In this document: piece after piece, positions 50,315 through 57,050 of the stretch
Layout of the letters: every line of letters starts with the position of its first letter
How positions within the stretch are numbered: position 1 is the stretch's first letter
NCBI GenBank assembly: GCA_018398765.1
Contig: JAHBMJ010000125.1
Coordinates: 1 to 57,050 of the forward strand
Length of the DNA stretch: 57,050 nucleotides
Direction of reading: 5' to 3'
Source: Chromera velia
Taxonomy: Eukaryota
Translations under genes and position numbers: made by a program
Notes under the pieces: model-generated
The model's database searches: none
What the model was told of the DNA's origin: nothing
Seen by the model: the letters and a program-made list of their open reading frames with translations, nothing else

Positions 50315-53000
50315 GATAGAAGCTCGTGCTTTGGGCCGGCAACTGTGACGTTGTGCTTTTTGCTTGTACGGGTGTGGAGCCTCGGGAGGGGCAGACGCTG
50401 GTGGTTGTTGGTTGCAGCTCTGAGCTCGGACGGTGGGACGCGAGTCGCGGCATCGCCCTTCATCGAGTGAAGAACCCTGCCTTCTCAGACGTGTGGATGT
50501 CCTTTCCGCTCAGTCATAAGGCGTGCTCTCAGCTTCAGTTTCAGTTTGCCCTCGTTGATTCTCAAATAGATGGTTGTCATGGTTGTCAGAACTCTTCCGC
50601 CGTCACCTCAGCCCTCTCAGCAGCATCTCCCACAGACGGTCGAAGTCAGGACTGTCGTGGGTGCGTGTGGGGGGAGCCTTTGGGGTGTGGACTGCGGGAG
50701 GTGGAGGTTGTCGGTGGTGGGTTTGTGTTGTTTGGTGGACGTTGGGGAGAGGGGGGGACACAGGTGACTCCGTTGACATGGGAGGACATGGTGTCAGCAC
50801 AGCAGGAACTCGAACAGCACAGTCTCCCCTATGTCCCCTCAGAGTTGGATAGTGAGAAGGAACAGGAGGGGGAGGGGGGGGAGACGAAAGACTGGGGAAC
50901 CTTGGAAGGTGCGCCTGCGGAGATCGAGAGTGCCCCGCTTTCCGTTTCCGCACTGCCCCCTGGCCTGTCGTCTTCTTCTCCGACTTTTGCCTCTCATGAC
51001 ATGACTCAGCGTGTACAGTCTGAAGCTGATTTGTCCCGCCCCACAGACAGGGTGACCGTAACGGGAAAGCAGACTGGTGGTGGTGGTGGCATTCTGGTGG
51101 TCTCTCCTGCCTCTGCTGCTGGTTCCAGTTGTCATCCTCCGGCCTCTGTGTCTGCAGCTGTGTTTCTCCAGAAGGGACAAAGTGAGGTGAGGGGGGAGAG
51201 AAGAGGAGATGGGGGGTCTGATCAGTCTTTTCGATTTGCACCTGCAGCTCTGATGAAGGGGAGTGGGGGGAAGAGGGCAGATGTATTCGGGGGGGAGATT
51301 GAAGAGACTGTGAGTGGGGGAATGGGAGAGGGTGATCCTGTCTCTAATCCGAGTCAAAGGGTTAGAGAGAGTCAGTGCGTCTTGCAAGAGACGCCCACAG
51401 AGGGGGACGGGGTGAGTGCAGTGTGTGAGGGTCTGAAGCGCCGCCGTCTCTCTTCCCTTTCTGTTTCGATCTCTGCACCTCGATTAGACAGAAGAGTGGG
51501 CGGACAGGCCTTCGTCTCAGAGAGAGTGTCCTCTGTCTCTCCCTTTCTGTCTTTATCTCCGCAGCAGTCCTCCCTTCAGAAGAGCTGTCTCTCGTCACAC
51601 ACCGTTCCTCACCCCTTTCGCATACACGACACACACATCACACTTGATCTTGACAGAGTGGGTGGCGTGTCCGGAGAGAGAAGTCTGAAAAGAGGTACCG
51701 AGTATGACGAGGATGTGTATTCTGACCGTGCCACTTTAGTGGGAGACAGACAAGATTTGGTTGGCGCCAAGCTTTGCAGTAGAAGCCCTCGCTCCCCCCC
51801 CCAGAGTCTGTCCTCCACCCACCTGCTTGAATGCCAGCGAGGAGAGGGGCACAGGACACAAGGCGTTGCCGTCCCTCTGAAGCGTCGCAGGTCAGAGGCT
51901 GCCCTCTCTGAGGCTGAGGCTGACGAGTGCGATGTCTTGTCTGGCTTTCCTGTTGCCGGAGAGGGGGTTACTGTGCGGGGGGAGAAGGGATGTGTGGTGC
52001 GGGAAAAGAAGCAGCGTCGGTTGACTGTGTCTGTTTCGGACTAAGCCCGTCTCTCTTCTGAGTCCTGTGTAGGGAGGGGGGGTCTGATCGGTGGAGAGGA
52101 AGTGGGAGTGTCGCGCAATGATTCGCTTGGTGAGGTCGGGGGAGGAGAAGTGAAGAGGAACCGCCATGGGCAGATTCTGTGCTTGCATGGGCGGGTTCGA
52201 TACAGGTGCAAGGAGTGTGGAGGGGGGGGTATTTGTGAGCACGGCCGTCAGCGTCACAGATGCAAGGAGTGCGGTGGAAATGGCATTTGTGAGCACGGCC
52301 GTCAGCGTCACAGCTGCAAGAATTGCGGAGGGAAGGGCATTTGTGAGCACGGAAGGGAGCGAAGCAAGTGCAAAGAGTGCGGAGGGAAGGGCATATGTGA
52401 GCACGGAAGAATCCGCTCTCAGTGCAAGGAGTGCGGAGGGAAGGGCATCTGTGAGCACGGCAGAAGACGATCTGAGTGCAGGGAATGCGGAGGCAAGAGC
52501 ATGTGTGAGCACGGCAGAAGACGACGTCAGTGCAAGGAGTGCGGGGCAAGAGCATCTGTGAGCACGGGCGGCAGCGCTCTGTTTGCAAGGAGTGCGGAGG
52601 AAAGAGCATTTGTGAGCACGGCAGAAGACGACGTGAGTGCAAGGAGTGCGGAGGGAAGGGCATTTGTGAGCACGGCCATCAGCGTCACAGGTGCAAGGAG
52701 TGTGGAGGCGGAAGCATCTGCGTCCACGGCAGAGAGCGCTACTACTGCAAGGACTGTGGAGGCAGCAGCATTTGTGAGCATCGCCGTCAGCGTCACAGGT
52801 GCAAGGAGTGCGGAGGAAGGCAGATCTGTGAGCACGGCAGAGAGCGCTACCTTTGCAAGGAGTGCGGGGGTGCAGGTATATGTGAGCACGGCCGACAGCG
52901 CTACTACTGCAAGGACTGTAGAGGCAGGGGCAGCTGTGTTAACCGAAATGACCGCCGACACTGTCATGAGTGCAAGCTTATCTCTTCGTTTCCTCATTGA
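50315..53000 (+). pseudogene. CBM20/zinc-finger-array gene, type B (~14 repeats plus a degenerate one); lost start, TAA at 52042, frameshift near 52545
   Basis: VVLFACTGVEPREGQTLVVVGCSSELGRWDASRG..VW; ORFs 50326-52044 and 52102- are in the same frame; the array finishes in ORF 52530-53000. Confidence 0.88.
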
Positions 53001-53059
53001 TTCCTTTGGTCTTTTTTCCTCCGTCTGCATGTCCAGACCTTCCTTCCTTTTGATCTCTT

Positions 53060-53098
<39 letters not shown>

Positions 53099-55874
53099 AT
53101 TTGCAGATCGGATCGATGAATCATTCATTTCATGCATATGGGGGTCGATCGGGGCTTCCCTTCGTCCCCGCGCTCTTTCTGCTTGTCGACACTCTCTTTC
53201 TCTCTCAAAAGCAATGAATCAATCGATGCCGCCCCGCCCCTCCAACTCTGGGTCCTCTGAGGGGATCCAGGCGAGGTGCATGTGCATGCAGAGAGGACGG
53301 GAGGGGAGGGGGGTGCAGAAAGAGACGCTCTGCTCCGGACGTCTTGGTTGTCTGCATGGGAGTCTGAATGCCTCCATGCAGCTGCACGTGTCTTTCATTC
53401 TGTTCATACATACATATATCTGTAGACCATGCAGGCACGTCCTTGTTTTCTCTCCTGATTGATTGTATGCACGCATTTTCATATGAACGAAACGCTCTGT
53501 ATGATGGCAACGTACGGTGCGACAGCGGGTGGTTCTGCCAGATAGACATCGATTGATGGACGAAAAGCCCGAGGCAGCATGCATTGCTCTTTTTTCACGT
53601 GGGGCTTCCTACATCGAAACGCCCTCCCCCGGTGGTGCATACGTGGATAGATGATGGTTGGACGAGGTCTGTTTGAGGAACGAGTCGACCGATGTAGGCT
53701 TGTCTTTCCATGTTCCTTTCCATCTGTGGGTACTATATTGACACGTAGTGTGCGGGTCCGCCTGTTAGTCGATCAATGTTTGAACGAATCCGATAGCAAG
53801 TTTACCGGTTGATTGAGATCGGGGTTGACGCATGATCTTCTATGCACTTCTTATGTTACTAGTAGTATCTAGAGTATGCTAGGTAGCATGCTAGCTATTA
53901 CTGTGGCATGTTCCTTTTACTTAAAATTATTGAGAGACTTTCTAGCATTAGTTGTTCTACTTTTAACGGCCTCTTGTATACGTATATATTCTTATCATCT
54001 AGCTTATCATCAAGTGAGTCTAAGATGACATAACCTAATTTTAAATTTATAGTCCATCCTATATCAAATTGATGGTTTCATTATTGTGGTATAAGATTAT
54101 TGACATGAGCAGATTCTAGACGAAAAGAGGTATAGTGCTACGTATAGTGCTGCTAAAATTTAAGTGCATTGACTTGAAGTTAGTTTAGTATATCCAGTAA
54201 TTCATTCAACAATTTTTTTTTTATGCTTTTGAATTGAATTTGAATTGAAACTTTCACTACTATCACTAGTAAATGATTATTACTCCACTCCAATTTTGTA
54301 GTGTATTCTTTTCTAGGTTTTTATTTTTCTTTTACTTCAAAGTTTTTATCTAGATTTTTATTTCGAGGAAATTGAATCAGAAAATAGCTGACGTGAGAGC
54401 TAGCGTTAGACTCTAGCTTTGGCTTCTTCCAACTCAAAGAGACCGAGCGCATCTCATGCGCATCTATAAAGTTGTAGTATAAACCCACAATTCTAGCAAC
54501 AATTGTGAAAGCATGCAGCTATAGGCATGCAGTAACACTCCAGTTTCACAGAAAAGAAAACAGACAATTCAGAGTTTCAAGAATGCACAAAATGAAACAC
54601 ACTCAAACGCAAACATCGAATGGAATGGGATGGAAGAGAAAAGAGGCGAAAAAAAGAAAGAAAAAGCAAAACAAAAGGGCGGAGACAAATGTCGGTTGTG
54701 ACAGGCGCTACCGGAAGCGCTTATCCAAAAAGGAAGACTGCCGACACAGTCCGTATGCTGAGTGCGCATAGAAGACTTAGTGAAGCATTTCAGGAAACAC
54801 AAAACGAAGAAAAATGGAAAGAGGAAAGGAAAGCAACAGAATGGATTGCATGGGTGAACACTTTTCTCCCATGCAATCTGTTCATTGATGTCTCCAGAGA
54901 TTCGTCTACATGCTTCGATCGATCACCTCCCTTCCTCCCCTTCCATTATACCCCCTCCCCTTTCTTTCTGCCTTCAAAATCGGTACTGCTCATCTCTCCT
55001 TGCTGTCTGCTCTTCTTGCTGTATCTCGGGAGGGATTTCCCTGCAGATGATGCACCTCCACTGCTTTCTGCCCTTTGGTGCTAAGGCCCTGCATGCATGC
55101 ATGACCTAGCTCTGTCGCTGTTCAAATTCCCCTTAGGCTGCTGCCTTGAGCCGAGACATGAATAGGCCCATGCAGAGATGAGTGCATGAGCACTGACGTC
55201 ACACGGTACTCACTGTTGCTTCCACAAAAGAGAAGAGAAAGAAAAAGACGGTGCAGTGCATTTCAAACAAACTCATACAGACATAAAATGGAATACGAAC
55301 CGTCTGGTGGACTTTACCAAACGATTTAAGAAAAAGGAAAAGGAGGCAATGGACCATGAAAGAAAAAGAGTGGCAGCGACCGAGAGCGAAAGGAACGCCC
55401 AAAAGAGAGAAACGGCCTGCCCAACAAGAGAGAAAAAACAAGTTGAGTGACATTGTCCGAAAGAGGCGATCGAATGAAGAAAACAAAATTCAATTCTTGA
55501 GCGAAATGGGCACACGCGCTCAAACCGGAAGAGCAAAATTCCTCAANNNNNNNNNNNNNNNNNNNNNNNNNNNNNNACGATTCATGAATGCATCAGGAGT
55601 GCACACACACACGTTCCACCCCTCTCATGTGCACTGCCTCATGCATGCAGACTGCATGTGCCCATCGAAACTTCATTCCCTCCTTCTTTGCACTCAGAGA
55701 AAAAGACCGAAGCCCATCATCTCAAGTACATCGACCAAAAAAGAACCTCCCATCCTTTGGGCAAAGTGTATGAAAGAACAAAATGACGGAGTTCTCGGCA
55801 CACAGTCACAGAGAGAGAGAATGGGAGATGGGAAGAGAGACGGAGGGTGTTGAAAGCCACAAGCGATTGATCGA

Positions 55875-57050
55875 TCAAAAGGGAGAAGGAAGAGAGGAGA
55901 CCTGCTTGCACTCCTTACACTGGGAGTGCTGACTGTCGTGCCGACAAATGCCCTGCCCTCCGCAGTCTTTGCATTTTGAGCGCTCACGGCCGTGCTGACA
56001 GAGGCTACTCCCACACTCCTTGCATCTATAGCGAATGCGACCGTGCTGACAGATGCTCTTGCCTCCACAATCCTTGCACTCACATCGCCTCCTGCCGTGC
56101 TCACAAATGCTGTTGCCTCCGCACTCCTTACACTGAGAGCGCTGGCGGCCGTGCTGACAGATGCTCTTGCCTCCACACTCCTTGCACTGAGAGCGAATGC
56201 GGCCATGCTCGCAGATGCTTTTCCCTCCGCACTCCTTGCACCTGTGACGCTCACGGCCGTGCTCACAAATGCCCTTCCCTCCGCACGCTTTACACTGAAA
56301 GCGCTGACGGCCGTGCTCGCAAATGCTCTTGCCTCCGCACTCCTTGCATCTATAGCGAATGCGACCGTGCTGACAGATGTTCTTCCCTCCACACTCCTTG
56401 CACAGACATCGCCTCCTGCCGTGCTCACAAATGCTCCCACCTCCACACTCCTTGCACTTAGAGCGCTGACGGCCGTGCTCACAAATGCTCTTGCCTCCGC
56501 ACTCCTTGCACTGAGAGCGGATTCTTCCGTGCTCACATATGCCCTTCCCTCCGCACTCCTTGCACTGAGAGCGCTGGCGGCCGTGCTGACAGACACCCTT
56601 TCCTCCGCACTCTTTGCACCTGTGACGCTGACGGCCGTGCTCACAAATGCCACTTTCCCCGCACTCCTTGCATCCGTGACGCTGACGGCCGTGCTCACAA
56701 ACGCTCCCACCTCCACACTCCTTGCACCTGTATCGAACGCGCCCATGCACGCACAGAATCTGCCCATGGCGGTTCCTCTTCACTTCCCCCCCCCCATCCC
56801 CCCCCTGCGAATTACTGCCACCGATCGGACCCCCCCTCCCCACACAGGACTCAGAAAAGAGACGGGCGGAGTCCGAAACAGACACAGTCAACCGACGCTG
56901 CTTCTCTTCCCGCATCACACCCCCCTCCTTCCCCTGCAAAGCAACCCCCTCTCCGGCAACAGGAAAGCCAGACAAGGCATCGCACTCGTCAGCCTCAGCC
57001 TCAGCGTCAGAGAAGGAAGCCTCTGACCTGCGACGCTTCAGAGGAAGGGT
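55875..57050 (-). CDS. 3' part of a type-A zinc-finger-array gene (16 repeats), open to the window edge
   Basis: Uninterrupted frame TLPLKRRRSEASF...KRNRHGQILCVHGRVRYRCKECGG...; 5' part lies outside the window. Confidence 0.88.
   Translation of the reverse strand, partial: TLPLKRRRSEASFSDAEAEADECDALSGFPVAGEGVALQGKEGGVMREEKQRRLTVSVSDSARLFSESCVGRGGPIGGSNSQGGDGGGEVKRNRHGQILCVHGRVRYRCKECGGGSVCEHGRQRHGCKECGESGICEHGRQRHRCKECGGKGVCQHGRQRSQCKECGGKGICEHGRIRSQCKECGGKSICEHGRQRSKCKECGGGSICEHGRRRCLCKECGGKNICQHGRIRYRCKECGGKSICEHGRQRFQCKACGGKGICEHGRERHRCKECGGKSICEHGRIRSQCKECGGKSICQHGRQRSQCKECGGNSICEHGRRRCECKDCGGKSICQHGRIRYRCKECGSSLCQHGRERSKCKDCGGQGICRHDSQHSQCKECKQVSSLPSPF

Noticed and set aside
54405..54425. 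CTAG at the end of the type-A cassette as a Helitron 3' end
   Set aside because: Not present in the 45-kb copy, no subterminal hairpin, and the following base does not fit an A|T insertion
55547..55576. 30-N gap as missing sequence
   Set aside because: The paralogue reads cctcaacacgattc straight through, so the gap is probably about 1 bp
45930..57026. Long antisense and shifted-frame ORFs (VSTAVSA.., LTDALPSALLA..)
   Set aside because: Shadows of the 54-nt zinc-finger repeat

Overview
Eukaryotic, intron-rich, microsatellite-rich genomic DNA. The style suggests a chromerid alveolate such as Chromera velia (inference from the LRR and C-x-H-G-R zinc-finger families, TGCATG motifs and gene structure). 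I could splice by eye a 4-TM protein with a C-terminal SHP box, a GOS1/GOSR1 Golgi SNARE, a membrane protein with an orphan proprotein-convertase P-domain and a KIF12-like kinesin. There are also single-exon hinderin-like and CCCH genes, VWA and LRR pseudogenes and a CRE-like LINE 3' fragment. Five things stand out. (1) A four-copy family of CBM20-like domain + NLS + 13-17 tandem 18-aa zinc-binding repeats with hypervariable positions, similar in architecture to KRAB-ZNF or TALE proteins. (2) Genes alternate in orientation, forming divergent pairs separated by AT/TpA-rich islands at the convergent ends. (3) A 4.6-kb insertion with 47-bp TIRs and a CTCA target duplication splits one family member. 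(4) Inside it, a 31-bp hairpin is present in both loop orientations (flip and flop). (5) Repeat copies differ by CpA/CpG C-to-T transitions, resembling RIP.
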